This document shows positions 1-10,523 of a stretch of 64,000 nt of DNA, in pieces; the first letter of the stretch is position 1; each line of letters starts with the position of its first letter. This DNA comes from Spirochaetota bacterium (GTDB lineage: Bacteria; Spirochaetota; UBA4802; UBA5550): NCBI GenBank assembly GCA_963663865.1, contig OY760686.1, positions 2,688,001 to 2,752,000 of the forward strand, given 5' to 3'. Both the position numbers and the translations under genes were made by a program. Under the pieces are notes generated by a model, which was not told the DNA's origin, did no database searches, and worked only from the letters and a program-made list of their open reading frames with translations.

Positions 1-2943
1 GTACACGGCAAGGCCCCCGCCGCTGCCGTCAGCGGCAAGCTTCAGGCCGGTCATGGAGTTAGCGTGATTTGTTATGAAAAACTCCGTGCCGGCTGCAGAA
101 CCGTCACGCAGATTGATGTATCTTCCTCTTATATCGCCTGCTGAGTCTGTCCACGCGAACAGCACCCTCGGCTGTACGATGTAATAATGACGCCCTGATA
201 CCGTGCTCCCGCTCACAGCAAGCTGTGTCTGGCTGTTGACAGCCTCGACACTCAGCTCATCGTAGCCGGAAGCCCCGTCGCTGCAGTAGACTGTATCCCC
301 CGCCGAAATACCGGCGTCAACGAACGTGGCCCCGGTGTCATTGAGCAGGCCGGCGCCCCCGGCTGTACACTGCCCGATGTCAAGCAACGGGTGTGTGCTG
401 TCAAGAACCGCAAGGGTGTCGGTATCGGCAGCCGCGTTCACAATCGGGCGTGAAAGCGAAAGTGACGTTCCGTTGTCATAGCGGACCGCCGCGTATCTGT
501 TGCGTGTAATATTAAATATGATATCGCCCACTGCGGCCGTATTCACATCGCCGTAATGCACTCCGGTGATAGCGGCCGTATTGACGGGCCCTCCGGCGTC
601 GCGTTTGCCGAAAGCAGCAACTGAGCCGGCTGGAACGCCGGACACTATCCAGTAGCTGTAGTTATCATTCATAATGTTCGCGGAAAGCCTTACGGCTCCT
701 GCATTCTGATAAGATGCGATATCTGAGATGTCAAAGCCGGAGCCGTTTCTTTCAGAAAAAACCGTACTGCCGATATAAGCAGCGGTAAAAGATGAATCGT
801 TGTCATAAAGCGCCATGGCCTTTGACTCTGTCGTAAAAAGGGTTCCGTACGCGCCGACCAGGCCTTCAAGCCTTTTGTAAACGCCGAAGCTCTCACCGTC
901 ATTAAGCCCGATATCGTGACTTATCAGAACACGGTCATAGGCGGGGAATGTGTCGCAGGCCGTGACGTATGCGTAACCAGTCACGTCTGAAATATTGTAT
1001 ATAATGTCTCCCGGCGAGACATCGGTCGTGTAGGCTGTTGTGTAAACGGCCGTACCCCCCGTATTCTGCGGCGGGATAAGCGTGTGCCCGTCAGCAGCAG
1101 CTGTGAGAACTGGAACAGAATCAAGCAGCACACAGTCCGACGCGTCTCCTATCGTGTCCGCGGCTTCGTAGAAGGTGTATTTTGAAGCATCAGCGTCGAG
1201 CGTTACCGGAGACAGAATCGAAGCTATGTCTACACCGCTTCCATAGCCGGCCGACAGCGAAGATGAGAGAGCCGCGTAGTCCCCTGTGTTAAAACCAGCA
1301 AGTGTGAGAAAGTTCAGCTGGCTGTCAAACACAAGCGCGGCGTCGCCGTATCCCTGCATCTCGGTGACAGCCTGAGCCGTAACCGACGGCCCCGGAAACT
1401 GTTTAACAAGTCTTCCTCTGTAAACATTGTTCTCAAGCCCTGAATGAACCAGGACCGCGGACGGAAGATTGTATCCGGCAGTATGCCCGAAGGTCAGTCC
1501 CGAGGCGGCAGCGCTGTTGACTCCGCTCCATCCCGCGACAGTGGCATTGCCCGGGTTGAAGGACAGCGAACCCGCCGAATCGGCAAGATGCTTGACGTAG
1601 AAACCCGACCCGTCTGAGACAGCCGCAAGCGCCCCCCCGCAGCCGTCCGGAAAGGCCCTCACACCGTCGGATGCCCCGAAGCTGTGCAGAGGCTCACCGC
1701 CCGCGGCCCAGAGTACGCTTCCGGTGTTTTCGAAATACTGCCCGCGCAGCGAGGTCCCGTTCAGCCAGAATGAAAATGTATTTCCAGTAAGCGCTCCCGC
1801 CATGTCGGCAGAGAGTGCTAGGAGTGAGGTCTTGCTGCCTGCAGCTGTGTCGAATGCGCTGTCTCCGCTTATTGCATAGTTCTCCGCGGTCAGGAAGCTG
1901 CCCGTCTCAGTCACTGTTCCCGCGGCACTTGAGCTTATTCTGAAATAATACCTTGAAGCAGGATCTAACGATGTGAGCTCAACGGAATACACCGAAGACA
2001 TTGAACCGCCCGGCCCGGCATAGGCAGTCGAGCCGTAACCCGTGCCCCTTCCGAACTCAACAAGGTTGTTAATGTCTTCTGTGGGATATTGACCTATCCA
2101 GTTTATTACAGCGCTCGAATCAGTCACATCGCTCACCCAGAAGGACAGAATACCGTATGCGCCTGTCGGAGACGGATCCGCTTCGGCCGTAAAGCTCCAG
2201 CTGTACGCGTCCATTGCGGCGCCTGATTGGTCTGTCAGAGCGGCACTCAGACTTGCAGTATATGTCGTCCCATAGCTGAGCGTATTGACCCGCAGCCTGC
2301 ATGACCTGCTGTCCGTCCAGTATGGGTCTCCATCAGCGACAGATCCGGAAACGGTAAATGACGCGGGACTCAGTGTAGTTTCATCCATATCGCGCGTGAA
2401 GTAGACTTCTATCTCGGAGATGCCGACATCAGCAACAGTCCCATCCCCGGGGAAAACAGCCAGGACCTCAGGCTGCAACTCTGCATCTCCGGCGAGGGTG
2501 ACGAACTCAGACGAAAAAGGCTCCTCAAGGGAATGCCCCTCAAGATCGGTTGCCGCCGCGCTTACGTCAACAGTATATGTGCTGCTGGCCGCAAGCGGAT
2601 TGTCAAAGATTATCCTTGCAGCCCTGCCGGCGCCTGCCGCTATAATGCTGAATTCCGGCACACCGGCCGGCCCGACCGTAACGGCCGCGGAAAGCGTGGA
2701 CTCGTCCACCGGCTTGTTAAAAACAATGACTATCTCGGTATCGGCCGGAACTGCACCGGAAGACGCGTCAGGGTAAACCCTCTGGACCTGAAGAGCCGTG
2801 GTCCCGGTGTCTCCCTCGGGATTGCTTTCCCTGGCCTCCTCGGGAATCACCGTCGGTGCAGTATCTGAACAGGCATAAAGCAAAAAGGCCGCTGCCAGCA
2901 TGATAAAAGCTGAAATATGTCTTGAGTAACTTTTCATCATCAT
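1..2943 (-). CDS. Large surface lipoprotein with Big_5/SbsA-type Ig-like domains and an FN3-like domain; 3' end runs off the window (absent from ORF track)
   Basis: Manual translation from 2943 (start could be 2937): MMMKSYSRHISAFIMLAAAFLLYAC-SDT (lipobox), then VYPDASSGAVPADTEIVIVFNKPVD...LAASSTYTV (Big_5-like) and SVELTSLDPASRYYFRISS (FN3-like); frame open at the positions spot-checked. Confidence 0.8.
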   Translation of the reverse strand, partial: MMMKSYSRHISAFIMLAAAFLLYACSDTAPTVIPEEARESNPEGDTGTTALQVQRVYPDASSGAVPADTEIVIVFNKPVDESTLSAAVTVGPAGVPEFSIIAAGAGRAARIIFDNPLAASSTYTVDVSAAATDLEGHSLEEPFSSEFVTLAGDAELQPEVLAVFPGDGTVADVGISEIEVYFTRDMDETTLSPASFTVSGSVADGDPYWTDSRSCRLRVNTLSYGTTYTASLSAALTDQSGAAMDAYSWSFTAEADPSPTGAYGILSFWVSDVTDSSAVINWIGQYPTEDINNLVEFGRGTGYGSTAYAGPGGSMSSVYSVELTSLDPASRYYFRISSSAAGTVTETGSFLTAENYAISGDSAFDTAAGSKTSLLALSADMAGALTGNTFSFWLNGTSLRGQYFENTGSVLWAAGGEPLHSFGASDGVRAFPDGCGGALAAVSDGSGFYVKHLADSAGSLSFNPGNATVAGWSGVNSAAASGLTFGHTAGYNLPSAVLVHSGLENNVYRGRLVKQFPGPSVTAQAVTEMQGYGDAALVFDSQLNFLTLAGFNTGDYAALSSSLSAGYGSGVDIASILSPVTLDADASKYTFYEAADTIGDASDCVLLDSVPVLTAAADGHTLIPPQNTGGTAVYTTAYTTDVSPGDIIYNISDVTGYAYVTACDTFPAYDRVLISHDIGLNDGESFGVYKRLEGLVGAYGTLFTTESKAMALYDNDSSFTAAYIGSTVFSERNGSGFDISDIASYQNAGAVRLSANIMNDNYSYWIVSGVPAGSVAAFGKRDAGGPVNTAAITGVHYGDVNTAAVGDIIFNITRNRYAAVRYDNGTSLSLSRPIVNAAADTDTLAVLDSTHPLLDIGQCTAGGAGLLNDTGATFVDAGISAGDTVYCSDGASGYDELSVEAVNSQTQLAVSGSTVSGRHYYIVQPRVLFAWTDSAGDIRGRYINLRDGSAAGTEFFITNHANSMTGLKLAADGSGGGLAVY

Positions 2944-2995
2944 CCCTGTTTTTTTGCCCGCCACCATATGCAACCGAGGCAGGGCACAACCATTA

Positions 2996-3024
2996 ATAAT
3001 AGTAATTCTCCAGCGGCTTGTCAA
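2996..3024 (-). promoter_or_regulatory. Putative sigma70 promoter of the Ig-like lipoprotein gene
   Basis: TTGACA-N17-TATTAT on minus strand, about 50 nt upstream of the start. Confidence 0.6.
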
Positions 3025-3163
3025 CAAAACAGGCCCGCCGGGGCGGTTTTTTACTCTATTTAAGTAAACAAATAAAAAATTCTTGCCCTTCTGGACACCG
3101 CGTGAAATAGTCCGGACTGTTCAACTTATTGAGCTCCAATACTCCATTTCAGCCGGGATAGCA

Positions 3164-5659
3164 ATGAAACCAGGGATACTTCTGACCGCACTCACCATAA
3201 CATTCTGCCTCTCATCCATAGCTTCGGACGCGGCAGTTACCTCTGTTATAGTAACACCGCCCGCGCCCTCAGTTGTCAAGGGCAATTCCTACTACCTGGC
3301 CGGCGTTCAGTATGATTTCCGGGTACAGGTTACCGACCCGGCCGCCTCCGCGAGAAGCTACTACAGCTATGTTGATCTGTCCATCCCGCTTGACGCTTCA
3401 AACACGCTCGCAGCCAGATGGACTGCGCCGGCCGCGGCAGGCGCAGGCAGCTACTCCATTACCAGCGGCGGAGGCTCGTCCCTCATTGAAGCCGCTTCCG
3501 ACGGGGTAAATGTGAGCGGGACAACAATGCTCAGCCTGCGGTTCAGGATAACCTTCGCGTATGACATCAACGCTCCGGCAGGCATCAGCCAGACTCCCGC
3601 GTCAAGGACGATATCGGCCGCCGCTGTTGACGATGCCGCCTCTTCTCTGACGGGTTCAGCCCTGTCAGTTTACGGTTTTTGCAGTCAGGTTAAACTTGCC
3701 GGTATGGCTCAAAGCGGCGATGCGGCAGACGGCCGCATTAACCCTCATTTCCTTGCAGGTTCTTTCAATGTAACAGGCACGCTCATATACAATATTTCAG
3801 GCGCGGATTCTTCTGATACGGTTCAGGGAACTGTTGGAACAATTTCGCTTTATGAAGACGACGACAACAACTACGCGACAGGCAACACCGCCACGCCCTA
3901 TGCTGACACAGACGGAAACACTTCTGTAAGCATTACTGTACCCTGCACTTACTTTAACGGCAGAGCGCTCAGGCCCTACTACTGGCGCTGCCAGGCCGCC
4001 CTCTCGCCCGGGGGCACATCCATCTGCCGAAACAGCCTTCAGCTGATAAACGACAGGGTAGCTGTCACTTCAATTTCCATAACACAGGGCGGCGGCCGCG
4101 ACAACGGCAGCTATCACTGGCGAAGCATGAGCGTGAGCGGCACTCGCGTCACCGTAAACGCCCAGATGCAGTCTTCGGGCGGCGGAATGACCGGAAACAC
4201 CAACTTCGAAATAAACTATTCGGGCGGAACGTCCTTTACAGTAAGCATTCCCAACGGGCAGACTTCCGCGACCGCTGTCATTCCGGCGGCAAGCCTTCCA
4301 TCTCCCGCTGAAGGTTCTACCTCAAGCTGCGAATACCATGTGACTTCAATCAGAGGCGGAAATCACGGAGACCAGGGCGACGGGACTATAGGAAGCACTA
4401 CGGAAAACACCGGAGACGATCAGGTTGACCCCACGGTAACAGGGGCCGATCCCTTCGGTGCAGCTGCCTATACCAGGCAGGTCATTCACTGGGACAACCT
4501 TCACGGCCCGTCGGTATCAACAGACGATATAACCACATTAACTCTGTCAGCAACATCGGTAGCTTTCACGTGGACACCTGCCCTTGACACTTCAGACACA
4601 TCGCCCCACGGAGATTTTTACGAGTACAGGCTCTACTACCGCGAGGCCGACACACTCGACTCCTTCAAGCAGTGGGACGGAGACAACGACGCCGCGCTCA
4701 GAGGACTTGAGGCGGCCACTACAACCAATGTGCAGAATCTTAAGATATTCACCTCATACGACTTCTACCTCGTAGGCGTAGACATATTCGGAAATGAATC
4801 ACCCGTGACAGACCGCGAAGGCAACACCATACCAACGGCTGATTACAGCACCTTTAAGACAACGCCCTATTCCATACAGGCGGCTGTCACCGACGGGATT
4901 ACCACATACGACAACCAGACCTTCATTACCGGTTCCGAACCCGGCGACTATCAGACGCGCCCTCTCAGGGCCGCCAACATTAAGGTCTCTCTTAATATCG
5001 TCACATCAGGAGACGACCCGGAGACCGTGAGAGTATGGTTCACCAACGACTTTACAGACAATACAGATATGGTTATAACGGGAGCGGCCCAGGTTGAAAA
5101 CGCCGGAGGCTTCATCGAAGGGGCACTTGACTCATCGCTTGCCCAAAAAACTGCGCCTAACACCTGGACAGCATACCTTCCGACAACATCGGCGGCGGTA
5201 CAAAGCGGATCAGGGGTCAGGTTTGTAGTCGAGACCGAAAAGGACGGTGTCCGCGTATTTACCGACACAAACTCGTTCGCCGAAGACCCGGCTGACCCGA
5301 ACAACAATGAATGGTCGTTTTACATTACTACCGAAGCACAGTTCACGCCGTGGCCGACCAGGGTGTTCAACAATGTGCTCACGAGAAGCAGCCCGACCGC
5401 TTATCCGGCATACTACCTCTCCGACGACGCCTATGTCACCATCAGGGTGTACGACATCAAGGGGAGGCCCGTTGTCACGATTCTGGACAAGGCATACCGC
5501 CGCGGCGGGCAGAACATCAAAGACCAGGGATGGAGCGGGACCAACAAGTCCCGACGCAAGCTGGGTATAGGATTATACTACATGCACTTCAAGGCGAAGC
5601 GAGTATCCGACGGAAAGACCATCCTCAACGACATCAAGAAGATCGTCATCCGCAAATAA
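3164..5659 (+). CDS. Secreted protein with FN3 domain and C-terminal FlgD-Ig-like domain
   Basis: Signal peptide MKPGILLTALTITFCLSSIASDA; FN3-like SVAFTW..YEYRLYY..NLKIFTSYDFYLVGVDIFGNES; C-terminal YYLSDDAYVTIRVYDIKGRPVVTI...WSGTN...LGIGLYY. Confidence 0.75.
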   Translation: MKPGILLTALTITFCLSSIASDAAVTSVIVTPPAPSVVKGNSYYLAGVQYDFRVQVTDPAASARSYYSYVDLSIPLDASNTLAARWTAPAAAGAGSYSITSGGGSSLIEAASDGVNVSGTTMLSLRFRITFAYDINAPAGISQTPASRTISAAAVDDAASSLTGSALSVYGFCSQVKLAGMAQSGDAADGRINPHFLAGSFNVTGTLIYNISGADSSDTVQGTVGTISLYEDDDNNYATGNTATPYADTDGNTSVSITVPCTYFNGRALRPYYWRCQAALSPGGTSICRNSLQLINDRVAVTSISITQGGGRDNGSYHWRSMSVSGTRVTVNAQMQSSGGGMTGNTNFEINYSGGTSFTVSIPNGQTSATAVIPAASLPSPAEGSTSSCEYHVTSIRGGNHGDQGDGTIGSTTENTGDDQVDPTVTGADPFGAAAYTRQVIHWDNLHGPSVSTDDITTLTLSATSVAFTWTPALDTSDTSPHGDFYEYRLYYREADTLDSFKQWDGDNDAALRGLEAATTTNVQNLKIFTSYDFYLVGVDIFGNESPVTDREGNTIPTADYSTFKTTPYSIQAAVTDGITTYDNQTFITGSEPGDYQTRPLRAANIKVSLNIVTSGDDPETVRVWFTNDFTDNTDMVITGAAQVENAGGFIEGALDSSLAQKTAPNTWTAYLPTTSAAVQSGSGVRFVVETEKDGVRVFTDTNSFAEDPADPNNNEWSFYITTEAQFTPWPTRVFNNVLTRSSPTAYPAYYLSDDAYVTIRVYDIKGRPVVTILDKAYRRGGQNIKDQGWSGTNKSRRKLGIGLYYMHFKAKRVSDGKTILNDIKKIVIRK

Positions 5660-5667
5660 AGCTCTAT

Positions 5668-6690
5668 TCAGAACCAGATAATCTTTATTCCCTCAGAAGG
5701 CCTTATCCTCCCTCTGAGGCTGTTCTGAGCGTACACGTCCATTTCGCCGTCTACAAGAATTCCCGCTACATCGCTCCTGCCCGCGAGAAACTTCCTCGCA
5801 CGCGCCGCCCCCATCACAAAAACCGCCGTTGCCAGAGCGTCGCTTTCAACCGGTTCGCGGCCGATGAGCGTCACCGACGCCAGACCCTCAGCGGGATAAC
5901 CTGTCGCAGGGTTAATAATGTGATGGTATCTCCTGCCCTTCCAGAAAGCAGCCCTCTCGTAATCGCCGCTTGTCACTGCGCATTCCCCGTCATATAAATC
6001 GACTGCCAGCATAATTCTTTTTTTTCGGGGGTGGATGAGGCCGGCCCTCCACGGCTGCCCCCCGCGGCTTCCGATTACCTGCACATCTCCGCCCTCCTCT
6101 ACAAGTCCGGACTCAATACCCCTCATCCGCATTACCTCGACGGCACGTTTTACAGCGTAGCCCTTGGCGATACCGCCGAGCCCTATCCTCATGCCTCTCC
6201 GGGCTAACTGAACCGTTTGCCTCTCACTATCGATAAGTATTTTCCTGTAGTTGACAAGATGAATCCGGCGGGAAATCTCTTCCTGGGCTGGAGGCCTGAA
6301 ATTCGCGGCTTTGAAGTTCCAGAGCCCTGCCAGGCCGGCAAAGCTGATATCAAAGGCCCCGCCGGTCTGACGAGATACTTCAAGTGAGTGGTTTATGAGA
6401 GACAGCGTCTCGCCGCTGACACTGACTGCGGCTCCGGGGGCGGCCGCGTTTATTCTGAAGATATCAGCTCCGGGCCTGTACGGGCTCATGACTGATTCAA
6501 TTCGTGCGATCTCGCTGAAGGCGGCTTCAAAGGCGCTGCTCGCCGCGGCGGGCCGGGCCACGGCCTTCAGGGTCACGATGGTTCCAAGAAGAGGCCGGCT
6601 CACCGTGTACTCCCGAGCGCCGCATGAAAAAAGCGGCATCACCGTGATTAAGGCAGCGGCTTTTAAAAATTGAGTATTAAATCGGACCAT
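5668..6690 (-). CDS. apbE: FAD:protein FMN transferase
   Basis: GAFDIS, IGLGGIAKGYAV, TSGDYER, YHHIINPATGYP, SDALATAVFVMG; lipobox LFSC. Confidence 0.95.
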   Translation of the reverse strand: MVRFNTQFLKAAALITVMPLFSCGAREYTVSRPLLGTIVTLKAVARPAAASSAFEAAFSEIARIESVMSPYRPGADIFRINAAAPGAAVSVSGETLSLINHSLEVSRQTGGAFDISFAGLAGLWNFKAANFRPPAQEEISRRIHLVNYRKILIDSERQTVQLARRGMRIGLGGIAKGYAVKRAVEVMRMRGIESGLVEEGGDVQVIGSRGGQPWRAGLIHPRKKRIMLAVDLYDGECAVTSGDYERAAFWKGRRYHHIINPATGYPAEGLASVTLIGREPVESDALATAVFVMGAARARKFLAGRSDVAGILVDGEMDVYAQNSLRGRIRPSEGIKIIWF

Positions 6691-7375
6691 GAATAATCGC
6701 GTCTATCAGCTTCGGCACATCTGAAAACGTGTCAGCTATGTATGGTTCGCCCTGTATCTCGATAACACCCGCGTGTCCAAAGGAGCATCCGATAAAGGGC
6801 ACTCCATTTGCCGAGGCGGCGTTCCGGTCAGAAGCCCTGTCTCCAACCATGATGAGCTTTTTGCCGGATACAGGCCCTCTCATGTATTCCGCTACAATGT
6901 CCTTCTTGTCAGGATATTCCCCGGAAACAAACAGCATTCCCTCAGAGAACATGCCTATGAGGCCATGTGTTTCCAGAATGGCTTTTATGTAGTCTTCCCT
7001 GCCGTTTGAAGCGGTCAGGAATTGATACCCCGCTTTGTGGAGCTCGACGAGAGAGTCCGCGACACCCGGGAACAATCTGCCTCCCCCTGCTCTGATTATA
7101 GAGACAAAGCTTCTGCTGCATTCATCGTTAAGCTCTAAAAGCTCGTCTGCGGAGAGTTCGGGGAAGAGTCGTATAAATATCTCATGCGTGGGCAGGCCGA
7201 CAAGTTTGAGTATGCTGTCTCTTTCCGGAAAGGCGGCCGGTTTTTCGCCGGCTGAATCGAAGTATCTCAGCATTCCGCCGCGGAAGGCGTCTACAACTAT
7301 GCCGGCGGAGTCATATATTGTTCCGTCAATATCAAAAGCTATAAATACGTCCCTGACCTTTCTTATCTCCCGCAT
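6677..7375 (-). CDS. HAD-family hydrolase
   Basis: FDIDGTIYDS motif I; MVGDRASD motif IV. Confidence 0.9.
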   Translation of the reverse strand: MREIRKVRDVFIAFDIDGTIYDSAGIVVDAFRGGMLRYFDSAGEKPAAFPERDSILKLVGLPTHEIFIRLFPELSADELLELNDECSRSFVSIIRAGGGRLFPGVADSLVELHKAGYQFLTASNGREDYIKAILETHGLIGMFSEGMLFVSGEYPDKKDIVAEYMRGPVSGKKLIMVGDRASDRNAASANGVPFIGCSFGHAGVIEIQGEPYIADTFSDVPKLIDAIIHGPI

Positions 7376-7485
7376 GGCCTTCAGACTTTATCGGAATAAG
7401 CTGCTGTCAATTAAAAAAGCAATAATTTCTTGACTCCGCCGAGCCGCTGTTGTGACCTGAATTTTCATCACAACAATGCCGGGAG

Positions 7486-8442
7486 TTGATATTGAACACA
7501 CAGGTAAAAATCGGAAAGCTGGTTTTAAAAAACCCGGTAACCGTCGCATCCGGTACCGCCGGATACGGAGAAGAACTCTCAGATTTTTTTGACATATCAA
7601 AGCTGGGCGCAATATTCACGAAAGGCCTGTCAATAAAACCAAGAGCCGGCAATAAGGGACACCGCATTCTTGAAACCCCGTCAGGCGTCCTGAATTCGAT
7701 CGGCCTTGAGAACGTTGGCATTGAAGTGTTTCTCGAAAAAAAACTTCCATTCCTTCTCTCACGAAATGCGGTACCGATTCCGAACATCGCCGGCCACTCA
7801 GTAGAAGAGAATGAAAAGCTGTGCTCAATACTCTCGCGCACTCCCGGAATCGACGCGGTTGAATTAAATGTATCGTGCCCGAACGTCAAAGAGGGCGGCA
7901 TAGCTTTCGGGACAGACCTGTCCGTCTTTACCCGTCTTCTTGAACGAGTAAGGTCGGTGACAGACTGCGCTCTTATAGTAAAGCTGTCTCCCAACGTGAC
8001 GGATATCGCTTCGTTCGCGAAGAGGGCTGAAGAAACAGGCGCTGACGCCGTGTCAGCGGTCAACACCCTTCTCGGCATGAAAATCGACATTGAGACCGGC
8101 CTGCCGCACTTCACAAACAGGGTGGCGGGGCTCAGCGGTCCCGCGATAAGGCCAATGGCAGTCAGAGCGGTATATCAAATATTTGAGAGGGTTTCAATAC
8201 CCGTCATTGGACTTGGCGGCATAGCCTCGACCGAAGACGCAGTCGAATTCATGATGGCTGGAGCTTCGGCGGTTTCAGTGGGTACGATGAACATGGTATA
8301 TCCCGCTCTCGCCCTCGAAATAGCGGAGGGAATCAGCAAGTTCATGGAAAAGAAAAATATTATATCAGCCGGCTCACTCACCGGAATCTCTCATAACCAG
8401 GGGCCCAGAGCCTCGCAGTCAAGCGGCTGCTCAATCCGCTGA
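7486..8442 (+). CDS. pyrD: Dihydroorotate dehydrogenase class 1B, catalytic subunit
   Basis: ASGTAGYG, NSIGLEN, ELNVSCPNV, VKLSPNVTDI, GLSGPAIRP. Confidence 0.95.
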   Translation: MILNTQVKIGKLVLKNPVTVASGTAGYGEELSDFFDISKLGAIFTKGLSIKPRAGNKGHRILETPSGVLNSIGLENVGIEVFLEKKLPFLLSRNAVPIPNIAGHSVEENEKLCSILSRTPGIDAVELNVSCPNVKEGGIAFGTDLSVFTRLLERVRSVTDCALIVKLSPNVTDIASFAKRAEETGADAVSAVNTLLGMKIDIETGLPHFTNRVAGLSGPAIRPMAVRAVYQIFERVSIPVIGLGGIASTEDAVEFMMAGASAVSVGTMNMVYPALALEIAEGISKFMEKKNIISAGSLTGISHNQGPRASQSSGCSIR

Positions 8443-8472
8443 AACGGACTTATCAAGGAGACAATTACAGCA

Positions 8473-9522
8473 ATGAAATTCTGGAACAAGACGCTCACCG
8501 AAATGGATGAATATATACCCGGGGAACAGCCCGATCACATTGAGGAATACATTAAGCTTAATACAAATGAAAATGCCTTCCCGCCGTCAAGAGAAGCTGT
8601 TGCGGCAATCCAGAAGGCTTCAGAAAAGCTCAACCGCTATCCTGAACCGGCCTCGGACACGCTCAGGCAGGTCTTTGCGTCAATGAACGGCATCCCGGTC
8701 GAAAGCGTTTTCGCGTCAAACGGATCAGATGAGATATTCACCCTTATCTTCAGAGGATTCGCCGACAGCAAAAAACCTGCGGCATTCCCCTATCCTTCTT
8801 ATTCCCTTTATGACACGCTTGCGCAGGCCTGCGGGATTCCCTTCAAGAAAATCAACCTCAGAGACGATTTCTCTTACGACCTCAACGCGTTCCTTGATGA
8901 AGAGTACAGTCCGGTCATAATAGCCAACCCGAACAATCCTACCGGAACATGGTTCAGCATTGAAGAGCTTCGCACCTTTCTGACTAAATTCCGAGGGCTC
9001 CTCGTTGTCGATGAAGCGTATATCGACTTCTACGGCGGGTCGGCGCTGCCGCTTGTTCAGGAATTCGACAACATTATCGTTACGCGCTCTTTTTCCAAGT
9101 CTTACTCTCTGGCGGGCCTGAGGGTGGGCATAGCAGCCGCACATCCGGACATCATCAGGGGCTTTATGAAGCTGAAAGACTCATACAATCTCGACAGCTG
9201 CGCGATAGCAGGCGCTGCTGCCGCGCTTAAAGACACCAGGACATTCAAATACAACGCGGAAATGATAGTGAGCAACAAGGAATATCTCGAATCATCTCTT
9301 GAATCAATGGGATTTTCATTAGTCCCCTCGCATGCCAACTTCGTCTTCACCCGTCACCCGGACTTCGCGGGAGAAGAACTTTACAGAGAGCTAAAGGCGA
9401 GACAAATTCTCGTCCGCCACTTCAGAGGAGAGCCCCAGAGCAGCTACATCAGGATTACTGTCGGAACCATGATGGAGATCAAGAAGCTCTGCTCAGAACT
9501 TCGCTCTATAACGGGAGCCTGA
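8473..9522 (+). CDS. hisC: Histidinol-phosphate aminotransferase
   Basis: YIPGEQP, KLNTNEN, NGSDE, NPNNPTG, DEAY, RSFSKSYSLAGLRVG. Confidence 0.95.
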   Translation: MKFWNKTLTEMDEYIPGEQPDHIEEYIKLNTNENAFPPSREAVAAIQKASEKLNRYPEPASDTLRQVFASMNGIPVESVFASNGSDEIFTLIFRGFADSKKPAAFPYPSYSLYDTLAQACGIPFKKINLRDDFSYDLNAFLDEEYSPVIIANPNNPTGTWFSIEELRTFLTKFRGLLVVDEAYIDFYGGSALPLVQEFDNIIVTRSFSKSYSLAGLRVGIAAAHPDIIRGFMKLKDSYNLDSCAIAGAAAALKDTRTFKYNAEMIVSNKEYLESSLESMGFSLVPSHANFVFTRHPDFAGEELYRELKARQILVRHFRGEPQSSYIRITVGTMMEIKKLCSELRSITGA

Positions 9523-10171
9523 TTATTGCTCCCGTCATACCGGTGACTGTGGCCCTGACGACGACCTCCTGAAGCGTAAGCTTGCCCCGCTCAAAGAGAA
9601 TAACGTCGTCTTCAACAATCCATATATTGACGTGTTCCTCATTGCCGGAGCGCAACCATTTGAATCCGATTACCATTCCAACAATATTCTTTTCCCTGAA
9701 GACCGATATGCAGGTGTTGACCGTTTCCATAACCTGTTTGAGAGTTGTATCTGCATATGAAGCTGCCGCATCCTGGTAGCGTTCGCTCGTGCTGATTCCC
9801 ATCTCCAGATCGATGCCAAGATATAGCCTGTCCCGTGAGTCCGATTTTCTGTCAAAGTAGAAGCCGATTGAGCCTTTTGAAACCTTAAGAGATTTATCCT
9901 CAACAAGCTCAGCCCCGATCGCTATGAGGTATTTTCTGTACTTCTCATGATATACCCTGCCGCTTGAGGTATATCGCTCCGGATCAACCAGAAGGTCCGC
10001 GTATTTCTCAACGGCGCCATCCTCGCGTTTTTCAAGAAGTGCCTTCTCCCTCGACTCCTGCGCATTATCGCGTATCTCTCCCGGCTTTGACGCGCAGGTG
10101 GAAAGGGACAGCACTGTTATCAGGACTACGTACTTAGCTATTATCTTAAAACCAATCATTCTATCCTCCAA
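9506..10171 (-). CDS. Hypothetical lipoprotein
   Basis: 221-aa ORF with GGAG RBS; hydrophobic N-terminus ending LSTC. Confidence 0.65.
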   Translation of the reverse strand: MEDRMIGFKIIAKYVVLITVLSLSTCASKPGEIRDNAQESREKALLEKREDGAVEKYADLLVDPERYTSSGRVYHEKYRKYLIAIGAELVEDKSLKVSKGSIGFYFDRKSDSRDRLYLGIDLEMGISTSERYQDAAASYADTTLKQVMETVNTCISVFREKNIVGMVIGFKWLRSGNEEHVNIWIVEDDVILFERGKLTLQEVVVRATVTGMTGAIIRLPL

Positions 10172-10523
10172 TGGCGGAAATTTTGCATTTTTCTGTTTTT
10201 GTCTATTCCATTAAGACCAGTGATATTTTATAAAACCTTACTTTATTATTCATATCGTCAATTATTTATTGCGGCTCTCACATTATCATTTTTTCTTTCC
10301 CAAATTTTCGCCGTTTCTGATTATGAGTCTGCTGATTCTTTTTAGTTCATTCTCATCGTGAACGATGTGATCATGAAAACGGGATTGCCGGCCAAATTCA
10401 GGATAAGATTTACCGGCCAAATCACAAAACCTTCTTTACAGCTGATCACAGAATGAACAGTCTGCATTGTGGATTCACACATCGAAAGCAATACTGTTAA
10501 AATACCGGAGGCAGCCTGTCAGC

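Noticed and set aside
690-2989. Short ORFs listed in the track for this region, and similar antisense or nested ORFs across the window
   Set aside because: Shadow frames of longer genes with recognisable motifs.
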